Shown: one piece after another, positions 35,101 to 46,623 of the stretch
Position numbering within the stretch: the first letter of the stretch is position 1
Layout of the letters: the number at the start of each line of letters is the position of its first letter
DNA from: Klebsormidium nitens
Lineage: Eukaryota; Plantae; Klebsormidiophyceae
DNA: 64,000 nucleotides
Direction: 5' to 3'
Assembly (NCBI GenBank): GCA_000708835.1
Contig: DF237008.1
Span: 62,001 to 126,000 of the forward strand
The notes under the pieces: model-generated
Told to the model about the DNA's origin: nothing
The model's database searches: none
Seen by the model: only the letters and a program-made list of their open reading frames with translations
Program-made: the position numbers and the translations under genes

Positions 35101-37809
35101 AGAAGATCACTAAGACACATTGAGGTTGACGTTTCCTCCCAACCACAACAACATCTCAGGAGGCCCTCAGTCTAACAGGTCCGCTTGGGAAGCCGTGGCT
35201 AATCCAATCCTGACAACCGCCGCAACTAATCTTTATTCCGACCCTTTCCAGATAAGCCTCCAGGTCCAAGCAACGAGCCAAAGGCCATCAGAGACCTTAT
35301 GTTGGCAATCAAAAGCAAACCTCAAGAGTGAGTTGGCTGATAAGAATGCCTCTCCACTCAAGCGTTAGTAAGCTTAGAACCAGTGAGCTCCTGCCTTAAA
35401 GACTGTTAAAACCCAACCCTCAGAACACTGCACCCGTACCGCCCGTACCCCCAAGCTAACCCCACCCATCTCAGACTGGTTGGCTTACGGTACCTGAAAC
35501 TTACGTTGCTGAAATCGAGATTTCTCTCAGAAGTCGGCCAAGGGGCGCACCTGATCTTCTGCTCAACAACACGAGTGGTGGGGTTCCCATAGCGCCCGTA
35601 CTCGTAGCTGCTGTGAGTCCCATCCTGTAAAGAGACTTGAATGAATCGTTCAAAGATTGCCCAACAAACGTTGGTCCTGGTGATGTCAGCAGACGCAAAC
35701 CAAATGTCTCAGAGCTCAAACTTGCCGTCAGGTGTTGACAGTTTTGACGGTCTCAAAGGATTGGATCCGATTCAAACTTATACAGTGCAAATAAAATCCT
35801 GATTGGCCCTCTGATTCGCATGAGACGAGCTTTGATGGTGACCACTGAAATGTAGAACCTTCCAACCAAGCATACCTTCCACTTGTCTTTCTTGTGGTCT
35901 CTGCACCGCACCTGATATCCATCAAAGATCAATGCAGCGCAACATTGGAAGAGTTGATTGGGAGACACTGAAGGGCCTAAGATGCAAGCCCTGCAGTACT
36001 GGCATCATGTTTGAACACAGCGCAAATTCCGTAATGAATAACGGCAGTTCTAATTTATCCAGTGACTTTCTTGATTCTTGGATTCAAGCAGATGACTTCC
36101 ATAACCAGGGGCCTTGCTGCTCAAAGAAACAGGCGAAGGGGCTACGAGATAGGACCCCTCACCTGGAAAGCAATCAACTGGGCGGTATCTTTGAACGTGT
36201 AAGTGGCGGTCTGTACAATGGGGGTCGTGAGGGCATCCGTCACAAAAGGTTCGCGGCGCTCCCCTGTAGATGATAAGACAAAAAGAATCAAAATCAAGCG
36301 ACCAAAATCAAGGGACTCGGAAAGTTTCTGACTGACGAGGAGTGTTCATAATGAGAGCCGCCGACTACGATCCCCAGATATATGCTCAAGGATGCAGAAT
36401 GAGGGCAATGATATGTGGTTGGAAGGGGCGCTCATTCGCCCGTGCAGTTGTTGCCGCCAATGCAAGCTGACACAAACGACGCCTCCAAAATGCACAAACC
36501 TTCCCTTTCCCCAAGTTAAGTGCTGTGGATTATTTGGATGTGAATGCCACGCCAACCAAAAACTTCGACTACTGAGCCCAGACACAGTATTCCTGAGTCA
36601 GCTAACGAGTAAGCCAGATGCAGTTCAATCATTCGTCAAAAGCGCCTCCCTCGCCCTGACGAGTCACAACTCTCCTCCCTTTTCAAGAAACAGATTAAAC
36701 ATATACCATTGAGATAAAGAGATCGAACTGCTCACCAGGACCCAACCCTAATATGCCGTGGTCAGAAACAGCCGTGGGCAACAGACCAACAATCTGAACT
36801 TGATCACAGAAGTCCAAGAAATCAACGAAAAGGCGAATATACGGACCTTGCACTCTGGTGCTTCGGTGACCCCAGATCTACGGCCTCTAAGATAGAACTC
36901 GCAAGATTCTCAACCAGGAAACCCTTAAAGCATAGGGGAACAACTCAGAAAACCCAGCCTGCTCTCAGACTCAGCCTGCAAATTGCACGTCATCCTTCCT
37001 CACGCAAGAATGATCTCAACTTGCGGTTTCGAAAGGGACACCCCATCTTCAAGAATGAATAATGCTGTTAGAAGCTACTTGTGAGCTTTTCAAAAGCCCC
37101 ACATTATGACTCATATGAGCATCCAGAAAGATACCAACTTGGCCTTTTTCCGTCAGCTGCCAAGGCCTTTTTATGGACCACGGAGTACCGATCTGTGAGC
37201 TGCCTTTATTGCTGGCCTTCTTGCATGAAATTCGCCAACTTAACAACTTAAGAGTTCCAAAGTGCAAGATGGACTGTCAAATATAAAACTACAATCTTCA
37301 CCAGCCACACAAAAGCTTAAGCAGCCAGGTTGCCGCAGGGGTGAATCCAGGCCGTGATGAACGAAGGATCTCTCACCCCCGTGCACAGCGTTTGTGGCCT
37401 GGCGCTTCTCCGGCAGCCCCTTCCCACAATCCTCAATCACACTGCTTCCATTGGCATCAATCAGAGCTGACGCCAGCAGATCCTCTTCCGCGCCTGCTGC
37501 TCCGTTGCCAGACACAATGGAGTCTGTAGCCACCGTCTGTGCCCTGAACTTTTCTTTGCCATAAGAACCCCGGTTCCAGTTGTGACTCCATGAGAAGCCC
37601 GCAGGAGCTACCCTTTCTATACTCCTTTTCAGAGGGCTCGTGTAGGCCCGCCCCGCAGCCCTTCTGCTGGCCCCCGTAAACTGGCAACGCTCCTGTCGCT
37701 TTAGCAGGACTGCAGAGCAGAAAGCGTGCTTCGCCTCTGATGCACGAGCCGCCCTGATCGAAATGCTTGGAGCGGTAATGGTTTCTGCGAATGCTGCGAC
37801 CGCCGCCAT
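29157..37809 (-). CDS. CGS: Cystathionine gamma-synthase, plastid-type (PLP-dependent, Cys/Met metabolism family)
   Basis: Exons 37809-37377, 36263-36163, 35624-35551 ([10 protein letters not shown]), 34771-34603 ([16 protein letters not shown]...[10 protein letters not shown]), 33945-33682 ([12 protein letters not shown]...DGTFATP...[12 protein letters not shown]), 33074-32988, 31865-31758 ([11 protein letters not shown]), 31102-31007 (YPGL..HPEH), 30159-30041 ([10 protein letters not shown]), 29280-29157 ([11 protein letters not shown]). All GT-AG and phase-consistent. Confidence 0.95.
30160..30700 (-). repeat. Tandem array (period 128-135 bp) of copies of the CGS exon-9 acceptor junction
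   Basis: ACGCAG|ATCAACGGCGACCTGTGGCGG-like units with acceptor G at 30288, 30422, 30557 and 30685, versus the true junction at 30160. Confidence 0.95.
33535..33585 (-). repeat. Intronic duplicate of the CGS exon-5 3' end and donor site ([17 protein letters not shown]|GTGAGT)
   Basis: 46/51 nt identical to the exon end by manual count, 147 bp downstream, in frame within ORF 33457-34014. Confidence 0.9.
34460..35100 (-). repeat. Junction copies on both sides of CGS exon 4
   Basis: Acceptor-side copies at 34936 and 35094 (CAG|TGCGCTGGAGGGCGCTGAGGATACC..., CAG|CACGCTGGAAGAAGCAGAAGATAC...). Donor-side copy ending ATGGGAATCAGC|GTGAGTGAGC at 34472. Confidence 0.9.
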
Positions 37810-39491
37810 AATGAACGCTGAATGCCGCCTGTGGCTCCTTGCCCCTTTCCAATACCTAGTATATGGCGCGCTTTTCTGGGCTCTCCCTTCGTTCGTTTGC
37901 TAGCTAGCTACTAGTACATCTGCTTGACAAGGAAGAGCTTTCTGGTCCCGTAACCGGAGAACTTCCCTAACCCAAAACCAATTTCCTGTACAGCTACTAG
38001 GTACGTGACCGCACGGAACGTAAATCTCCTAACCCTTGTGGTCAACCGGCAGGACAAGCAAACTTTCAACGTTCTCGATCACCAACTTTCTTCCCTCCTG
38101 ATGTCACTTCAAGTTCAAGTTCAACGAGTCCTGATCTTCTTTCTAGTTTTCACATTCCGGGTTCCTCTCCATCTAGGGGTTGCAATTTCTCCTGCAACGT
38201 CAGGCCCTCTTCTTGAAAAGCAAGTGCTCAGTAAACCTTTTGGAGACGCAGCAAACAACCACCACTCCGCTCAATGCGCCCCGGAGCGTGTCCTTTATAT
38301 TGTTAAGTCATTTCGGGTAAGCGCCTCATCTTCACGTTAGCAAGGTGGTGGTGTTGGAGTCTGATAAAACTTCAAGCCTGCAAGCTTCAATTCCCCAACT
38401 GGAGTTGTGTGGTGTTTCATCGTGGCAAACCGAGTAGCTCATCAAACAGAAAGAGCAGAAGGTTAACAGAGGGCATAGAAAGCCACTCCAATGTTTGGGA
38501 CCATGTGTGGTGTTCAAACTCTGTCTGCTAGTAGTAACTCAAGGTTTTCTTAACGCCTGAAGAAATCAACGAACTCTGACTTTGCACCACCTTTTCGGCC
38601 AGAGAGAGTTTTTGTAGCCGTTGAAGCTGCAAAACATAATTGGTCCTCAGCTGCTGTTTACAAGGACACTGCTTTTCTGCAGTTGACCACCTCCACCCTT
38701 GCCGCGCTGAATCAGGCATCGCTGAGCTCACCACTGTGTCATCGTCCCCCGATGAATCCTGCGACCACCGCTCGGGCGCTAGGAAGGGGGCACTCGTGGC
38801 CCAGGACAAACTGCCCCCGGCAGCCCCAGTTGCTTACCCAAACAGCATCACCTCTCAGAGTGAGTTGCATGATCCGAGCTGATCTGATTGGCTTCTAACC
38901 TCGTGGCATAATGTTGATATAATAGATAATAGCTGCACAATTCTGGACTGTGGGAAGGGCCTTTACAATGTGTAAGCTTCAGATGCATCAGAAACCAACT
39001 TCAAAAAGGGAAGTCTGATGATGGTTGAAAGGGGCGAATCATCTGTCAGGCAGGTTTTCCACGCTGAATTGCATCAGAGCCCGTTACATGAGCATTTAAG
39101 CGCATGTTTTGACACTGCCTGAGTCAAAGTCCGTCCCCTGGCACATTCTTCATCCACTTTCCTTCTTTCCAACGCCTGTCCTGAGGCTATGGCATTGCGA
39201 ATGGGCTAGAAGTCCTCTTCTCAGGGACGACGCCAGGTGAGCTGATAAGCTGCTTCTCACGGAGCAATTTGCACTTTGCATTTCTGCCACCTTGCTTATG
39301 TATACTCTCCCCAGATTGCAAGTCAGACTGAGATTTAATAATAACAGCAGTCCTCACTCTGATCCCTTCCACAGGTCCCTTCCCGCAAGCTCCGCACATG
39401 GACTGACTGCGTCTCAGGGCTCTCCCTCCGTCCGTACACCAAAACCTCTAAAACAACCCTCCCCGCCACCCCCCCGAAAAAGATTGTCTGC

Positions 39492-42400
39492 ATGCGCCGG
39501 TCCGCCAAGCGGCGGAAGCGCGAGAACGAGGCCAAGATGAAGATCATCGTCGCAGAGCAGCGTGCGAAACGATCGGCGGAGATCGCGGCTGCCCGGCAGG
39601 CAGAACTAGAGCGGCGCATGGCCCCTCCAAAGCCGAAGCGGCCCCCCGTCCAGCGCAAACTTTCGGATCTCGCACGCGTGGCGGTCGACCATATCTTGGC
39701 CACCGAAGGGGGGGGGCAGCCAGTGGCGCAAGCGTGCAGAATTTTCGAGGACACGGTGGATCTTCTGGGGTGGGAGGGGGTGATAAAAGAGTTGGCCGCG
39801 CAAGGGCGGCTTGATCTCTCTCTGGGGGTGTTCCGGTGGCTGGAGACGCACCCGCTGCTGACCCCCCCGGACCGACTGCGCAGCGTGATGATCACTCTCG
39901 CCGGGCGGGAGGGGAGATTGGATCTAGGGTTCGAGCTCCTCGAAAGCGCGAATGGGACCCCGGGTTTGGAGTGCTTTGTCGCGCTAGCGAAAACGTGCGC
40001 GAGAGTTGGGACGATCGAGCAGGTGTTAGCGCTGTTTAATAAGATGGGGGAGGCAGGTTTCGAGCTGAAAGTGGACTCGTACAACCAGGTGTTGGAGGAA
40101 CTAGTGGTGGCGAGGAAACCGCTGCTACAGTGCCTGCGGCTGTTTGCGCACATGCAGCAGGAGAACGTGGCGCCGAAGCGGGTCACGTACACGATGCTCG
40201 TGACGGCGTGCCATTCTGGGGGGTCCATCAAGGTGAGTAAAAAGGGGGGCCGCAGGGTGTGGAATCGAAAGAGCTCTTGAGTGAAGGGAGCAGTCAATCG
40301 GGGTCGAGGTCTGGGAAAATGTTCAACGAAAGACACCGAGAAGTGATATGAAGGACAAGGCATGCTTCGATTGGTGTGTGAGACACTGCACACTCTTGGG
40401 ACTTGTCGGCCCTGGGTGGGCATGGCCTCCAAACGATCTTTGACTTGAAAGTATTGGATTCGAATTGTCTCCAAAAGTCTGCTCTTTGAAAACGCAAGAG
40501 AACTTGAAGATCTATCATAAGTCAGAAAGTGAAAGTTCATTCGCCAGGCGTTCAACAAGACGATTTCGAACTGCAGGCTGTGTTGTTCCAAGTTCAGAGT
40601 GGCTCAAATTGTAGCACTTTGACGGCCTGAAAGATTTGCCACTTGAATTCCCTCCTTCCAGGAAAAGTCTCGATGCTCTTGATTTTGATCTAACTGTCTT
40701 GGATGCCAATCCTCTCAACTTGACAGGACTCCGTTAGGTCCATGGATGCCCGTTCTAGTCCGCTCCTGCCGACTAGAGCATCAAAAACGAAGCGTGTTCT
40801 TTATGGGACGCTCCCGCACATATTGAAGGCCTGAAAGCCATGTGCCGGGATGGAAGATGGTACCAACACCCCTGATTACAATCTCGTTTTTCCGGGGCCT
40901 GACAAAGAGTCCCACGTTTGCAGGACGCATACGCGATCTTCGAGGGCCTGGAAGCCGCGCGCTGGGACCCCGACATCAAGGCCTTCAACGCGCTGCTCTA
41001 CGTCTGCATCCTCTACCGCGACTTCAAGGAGGCGCGCCGCGTCTTTTGGCGCATGCGCGAGACGAAGCGCATCTCCTTCAACCCGAAAAGTTACGAGCTC
41101 ATCACCCGGCTGTGCACGGACGCGGGGTGGGGGTTTAAGGAGCTGTTAGGGCCGGGTTACTACGACGACGCGATGGGTTTGTACAGAGAGATGCAGACGG
41201 GCGAGCGATGGCCGACACTCGCGCTGTACGAGGAGCTGCTGCGGCTGATGGGCGCGTGCAATAACTACGGGCTCGCCGCACAGTATTACAAGGTGAGGCG
41301 GTTTGGCGACAGCTTGTAGGGCACTGTGAGGGTTTTTTCACTTGCTTTGGGATGTTCAAGGCGCGTGCAAAAATAACGGCCAGGCCGCGCACTACTACAA
41401 GGTGAGGCGGTTCGCAGAAAGTTGTAAGGGCACTGTGAGGGTCTTTTTACTTGCTTTTGAGATGTTAATGGCGCGTGCAACAACTACGGCGTCGTGCGCA
41501 GTACTACAAGGTGAGATACGTTTCAATCTCAGGTCGACGAAGAGCGTGTTAAACATGGAGTGTGCTCGGGAGCGCTATCACTACTGAAAACACAAATCAG
41601 GAGTTGACATGCTTCGCACTCGAATCCACTTCAAACAACCAAAGCGAAGTTTCCCCGTCCCCAACGCAATCGTTGATCAACGTGGCCCTGGGGAATTGTG
41701 TGCATAGTCTATCTGCTGACACTTTTTGAGAATGCGGTCTGTGGGTGAGAAGCCCTGCGAATAATGGGGGCTCGAGAAGCATTAGCGAAGGCAGCACACG
41801 GTCTGGTATCTCAGCACTTTCACTTGCGTCTTCTTCCTTCTGTTGTCAAGCTCCCTGCTTTTAGCTGGTAGGAATGTGAACCTAAAAGCCAACGTGATGG
41901 TAAACGTGGACTACCAGGACGTCTTTAGAATCTCCGACTAGTTTTGGCGTCCGTCGACTCCACTCGACGCAACCCTCGAAGCATCTCTGCTGAGCTCACG
42001 TGGCCTTCTTGCAGGACTTGCGCGAAGAAGCAAACCCGAGACCCCTCCGTTGTCTCCAACGCCCTCGTAAACGTGGACTGGCGGGGAACCCCCCAGAATT
42101 GCGAACGGTTCGAAGGCACTCGATAATTTCTGAAGCATCTCAGCTGAGCTTATCTGACGTCATCCCTTCTTCACAGGACCTGCGCGAGGGCGCCAAGCTC
42201 GAGGCTTCTCCGGCCGTTTATGACGCGCTTGTAAACGTGGAATACCGGGAGAAATATTCAAACCTCAAAAGAGCGCTGCCGTCTGTAATTGAAGCATTCC
42301 AGCTTGAGCATCTCTGACCTCACCTCCTCCTTGCAGGACCTGCGCGAGGGCGCCAAACTCGAGGCTTCTTCGGCCGTTTATGACGCACTCGTAAACGTGG

Positions 42401-43020
42401 ATTACCGGGGGGATCCCCAGAACCCGGTGCGGCTGCTCGAGGCGTTTCGGGGGATACGCTATACTCCCGACCTGGCGTTTTTCGAGGGGATGCTGGGGGG
42501 TTATGCGCGCGTGGGGGCGTGGCAGGACGCGTGGTTGTTGCTCACGGTCATGCCCGCGAACGGGTGCACCCCCACACCGGAAATGTTTGATGAGGTCAGT
42601 GGGCTGTTGACGGCGGCCGGGGGGGATGATTTGGCGGAGCAGGTGCGGGGGGCGTTGGAGAAGATGCGGGCGGAGTGCGAAGTGGGGGGGCAGGAAGAGG
42701 GGGCAGCGGGGCCCGGTACGAGTCAGGATGAATTTGATGGAGCCTTGAGCGATACAAGGGAGGGGGTTGAGCTTGGAACCAGTGCAGCTGGGGGGGCGGA
42801 ACGCGCGGAGGCGGAAAGGGAACGAATCGACCTTCTGGGGGAAGGGCTTGAAAGAACCGAAGCGAATAGGGAGGACAGTATCCCCGAAGAGATTGAGGGC
42901 AGATTTGTCAACGACGGCAAAAACTCTGACGAGCGAACATGGGCATCAAGTCGGGTAGGCACGAACTTCGTCGGAGGAGAAAGCACAAAGGAGCCGGAAC
43001 GAGTTGGGGCTGGAAGCTAG
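39492..43020 (+). CDS. Pentatricopeptide-repeat (P-type PPR) protein, probably organellar; true 5' end may extend upstream
   Basis: Exons 39492-40232 (frame open back to an acceptor at 39374), 40924-41292, 42337-43020. PPR-like units: VDSYNQVLEEL, RVTYTMLVTACHSGG, IKAFNALLYVC, LALYEELLRLMGACN, AVYDALVNV, LAFFEGMLGGYARVGAWQDA. Confidence 0.85.
41252..41520 (+). repeat. Three 109-bp tandem units spanning the PPR exon-2 donor
   Basis: GCGCGTGCAA...TACAAG|GTGAG with donor positions at 41292 (true), 41401 and 41510. The intron portion (GGGCACTGTGAGGG...ACTTGCTTT) is also repeated. Confidence 0.95.
41890..42336 (+). repeat. ~160-bp-period copies of the PPR exon-3 acceptor junction
   Basis: CAG|GACCTGCGCGAG units starting at 42177 (about 68/74 nt identical to the true exon at 42337) and 42015, plus a remnant GTAAACGTGGACTACC near 41900. 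Confidence 0.9.
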
Positions 43021-45338
43021 CAACAGAGCTGCCAGGTAACTTGACAGTGACTCCTGTATCAAGTAGGCAGAAACTTGAAAGTGACCTTCGCAAATGCACT
43101 CTGCTTGTTCCGGATGACGCACTTTCATCGAGCCTTGGCTCAGGGTGCATAATTGAAAGCCAGTGACCATCAAGTCCGGTTGGCATGAAAAGTTGCCAGC
43201 ACTCTGCTCGATCCGCGGTGGCAATGTGATGCTGGGCTTACTAAATAAGAGCACCGCATGCAATCGGTCATGCGCCCTTAAAGTTAAGGTGCGGACTGCT
43301 ACATTATAAACCATGCATGCTGCGTTTTTCTTAAACTTTGTTTGTCCCCTTTGTTCAATATGAATGGTAAATCACCAACACCGGTGGCACCGTATGGATC
43401 GTATCACCTTCAGCTCGTTGTATATGAGCGTGTAAGTGTTCTTCAGTGTGCCGGTGATTAAGCGTAACGACAGTGTAAAGACTTATACAAGTCACGTTCT
43501 GTAGCTTCTTAGTGCAAAGCTTTTTGATCACGTGTAGCTCCGAATGCAGCTATACGTACTCAGTGCATCAGTGCACGTACGACGGTCTCATGCAAGTTCT
43601 CCCGAGTTCCTGAGCCGCTTAGGAAGTTCCGAATTACACTTTTTACCAACTACCACATATGCATTGCAAGTTACAGCAGGAAGGACGCTAGCTGGCAAGC
43701 TGCCTCAGTGAGCTTTCCTATAGAAAGATTGCGATCATTTGTTTATTTCCGACCTGGCAATTAATTCAGTGTGGGCCCTGGGCGCGTCGGCTATAGTAGC
43801 TGCACATATATTGCCAAGTTGATGCTTCTGATTCAGCAGGACGTCCGCCTGCCAAAAGTTGCAATTCCGCAGACGCTGTCAGATGCATGATATCTGTGCA
43901 TGTGCATGGTATATTCTAAGCTTGCAATGCTCCATGCAAGCTGCAACGCGGTCGATCCTAGTGCCTTCATTACAAGCGGTATACACTACATGCTGTATGC
44001 ATCATGCAGTAGAATATAGGGGGGTATAAAATCTCCACACTCATTGCCGTCTCCAATTCCGTGTGCAACTCTAGCTAGGGCCAGGCATAGCAGCATCATG
44101 ACGCGGCGCGTGGTCCCATATATCACGTGGAACAGAGTACTCGAGTTCTTGGCGGCGGCGCGACATGTCGACCGTCTGTACATCCATCTTAGCATGAGGG
44201 TTCAGTTTCATGTTTATCCCATGACCGTCTCAACCTTCAAGTAATTCTGAAGTCGAGCGAAGTATACTTCATACATATTTGTGAGGATCAAATTCGTGAT
44301 CGGATCGCGCGACCGGAACTTAGTTTGCAGATGCTGAGTTCAAGACCCGCGCCTCTGGATCGATGCGTGTGCATCTTATCCATGGGCTATTTGATCGACT
44401 GAACGCACAGATCGAACGGAAGGGCTGAGCGTAATGACATTGTCAAGCCTGCCGGCGGCCGCGCCTGCGATGACATATAAGCTTGGTGGGCGGCCGCCCT
44501 GGAAAGTTCTTGCTGCTTCCTGTCTAGCACATGCTATAGGCCGGCAACTCAAGTTAGAACTCCATGCAGCGTATGTGCAAATATGTTCCGACCCTAACAT
44601 TTGTATTGATCCCATAGATCAACGCGAACAAAACCGTCAGAATTTCATTGTACCGCGTCAGATAAAACGCAGATTCTAATGAAGGTGGTTCAATTCCAGT
44701 AAGAGTCTGATATCCTTCTCCACGACTTGCTGAGCTAAGGATATCCAACTTTCTGCACAGCCGCGTTCGCAGTCTTTCAAGATAATTGTGTTGTTCCTGT
44801 CAGAAGTCTTCCAGGTTATATCCGTTAATGAAGGGGGCCCCCTAAGAATCTTCTACCACGACGAGTCCCGCTTCTCATCTTTAGTTTAAGCGCTTCGATT
44901 GGGCCTCAATTGCTCTTCCGCTGCTTGTACCGCAAGCGTAATCGCGAAACTTGATTTGCAACGAATCATTCCCGCCATTGCTTGGGAGTACTGACATCCT
45001 GGCACCCTATTCAACACCTGCCCCAGTGACTGCGAGCGCCGACAGCACTGCCTGTGAGGATGCAATCTCATCCCATCATCATAACCTCTTTGAAGCTGGA
45101 TGTGCACGCCGGTGCCTTTACTTTGGTGGGAAGCCAATGGTGGCCAGCCAGTGTTGACTTGCAAAGACTCCACTTTTAAACTAGTCGCTGAATCCTAAAT
45201 AAAGGTTTTTGCTTCTCAACCCAAACTCGCTGGCTTGTGAGCTCAAAAGCAAACTCGTTGGCTCCCCTCTCCTCCGAGTCGTTGTTCCCCTCCTACACAG
45301 CGCGCCCGCAGCTTCCGATTTCGTGCCACACTGACCTC

Positions 45339-45825
45339 TCAGCTCTTTTCCTGCCCCCCCTCAGGTAAGGCCCTCAGCTCACTCCTCAGCCGCACCAGCA
45401 ACTGCCCTAGCACATTCCGACCGCTGCCGTTCCCTCCATCTGCCCAATACGAATCGTTCGTCGTGTGTTCCACTAGGTTTCTCTCGCCCGTGCTCAGCAA
45501 CACCTCCTTCAACTCCTCGTGCTGCATAGACTTTGCTCGCAGCGCCGTCAGCATGACATCATCTTTTATCCTTTCCCAGTCCTCCCGCAGGGGGTTGCTC
45601 CGCTTGCGCCCCTCCTTGGCGGCGACTCCTAAGGAAAGTTAGGGTTCGGATCTTTTACTGGAGGGCTTCGTTGTGAAACTTCTGCGCTTGGAAGTAGTGC
45701 TCGGTGGTGGGCCATGGTTTTTCGTCCAGATCGATGGGGGCAGGGAAGAAGTTGCTGAACTCACCAAACTCGTCGTTCAGGCCATAGAAAAGCAGGTCTG
45801 ATGGGGTATTGTCAGCGGCCGCCAT
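45339..45825 (-). pseudogene. Intronless NADAR/YbiA-family gene with a nonsense codon and a +1 frameshift
   Basis: MAAADN...FYGLNDEFGEFSNFFPAPIDLDEKPWPTTEHYFQAQKF, then in-frame TAA at 45654-45656 followed by KIRTL. One extra base precedes GVAAKEGRKR..LREDWERIKDDVM...KSMQH..LKEVLLSTG...LVEHTTNDSYWADGGNGSGRNVLGQLL. These are hallmark YbiA motifs. Confidence 0.85.
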
Positions 45826-46623
45826 TGCCTTGCCATGAATAAGACAGTGGCTCGCACAGCTTTATTGTCAAAGTCTGCAGGCTTCTCCCTTGAAACCGAG
45901 GACGTTTTCAACTAAAGTGCTTCAAGAAAAGGCAGCCAACAGTAATGCAGAGGTTCCTGGCTTCAATGCTATCAAAAGTGCGCGTCTGTCTACAATCCGC
46001 CGAGCTGTTGTCAAAAATTGTCTGCTCCCTTTCAGGCTTTCGTTGCACTTCCTGAGCTTGGCATGCGGTTTGGACGTGGTCTCCTGGTCACTTCTGCCAC
46101 TGGGAATGAGCAGGTCTGCATGCAGATGCAGATCGATGCCAATCCCTGCTTGAACTTGAGCACGTTGGTCCTTGGCACTTGCAGTGTGGGAGAGTTGCGT
46201 TACCCGGACGTGCTTTAGCATGAAGGGAGTGCTCTGAAACTGGGAGGGACGTTTATCGACGGTTTTGGATGCTTTCAGAACATCGGACGGTTGGAGATTG
46301 AGTAAGTGCTGCGCAGCCTGCAGGCATATGTTAATTTCCAGAGCTTGCCAGGCTGAGGCCGGGGGTTTGAAAAACGGTGTGGCATCGGACGGTTGGAAGG
46401 CCTCGTTTGAGGCAATCGAAGGTCAAGAAGCAAGAGAAGCCCTGGCCCAACGATAACTTCCTGACGTTCGTAAGTATTTCAAGCTCGGAGTCAATCGCTG
46501 CAGAATTCCTTCAAATGCTGCGCATTCCTTTCGACCCTGCGGCCTTCTCCTCCGCCTAGAGACGCCTGCAAGCCTTCTTCCTCCTGCTTGTCTCATCCTT
46601 CCATCCTCTTCGCTACTGTCAAG

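Noticed and set aside
39335-40591. 418-aa minus-strand ORF
   Set aside because: It lies antisense to the GC-rich PPR exon 1 and has no recognisable motifs, so it is a shadow ORF.
44842-44874. LRIFYHDESRF, resembling the first Asp motif of IS630/Tc1 DDE transposases
   Set aside because: It sits in a short stop-bounded frame, and I found no second or third catalytic motif and no terminal repeats nearby.
45627-45657. 30-nt GT...CCCTAAC...TTTCCTTAG segment as a mini-intron rescuing the NADAR gene
   Set aside because: Its length is a multiple of three, so it removes the stop but not the +1 frameshift. It also translates as KIRTL, matching the expected YbiA sequence, so it is decayed coding DNA.
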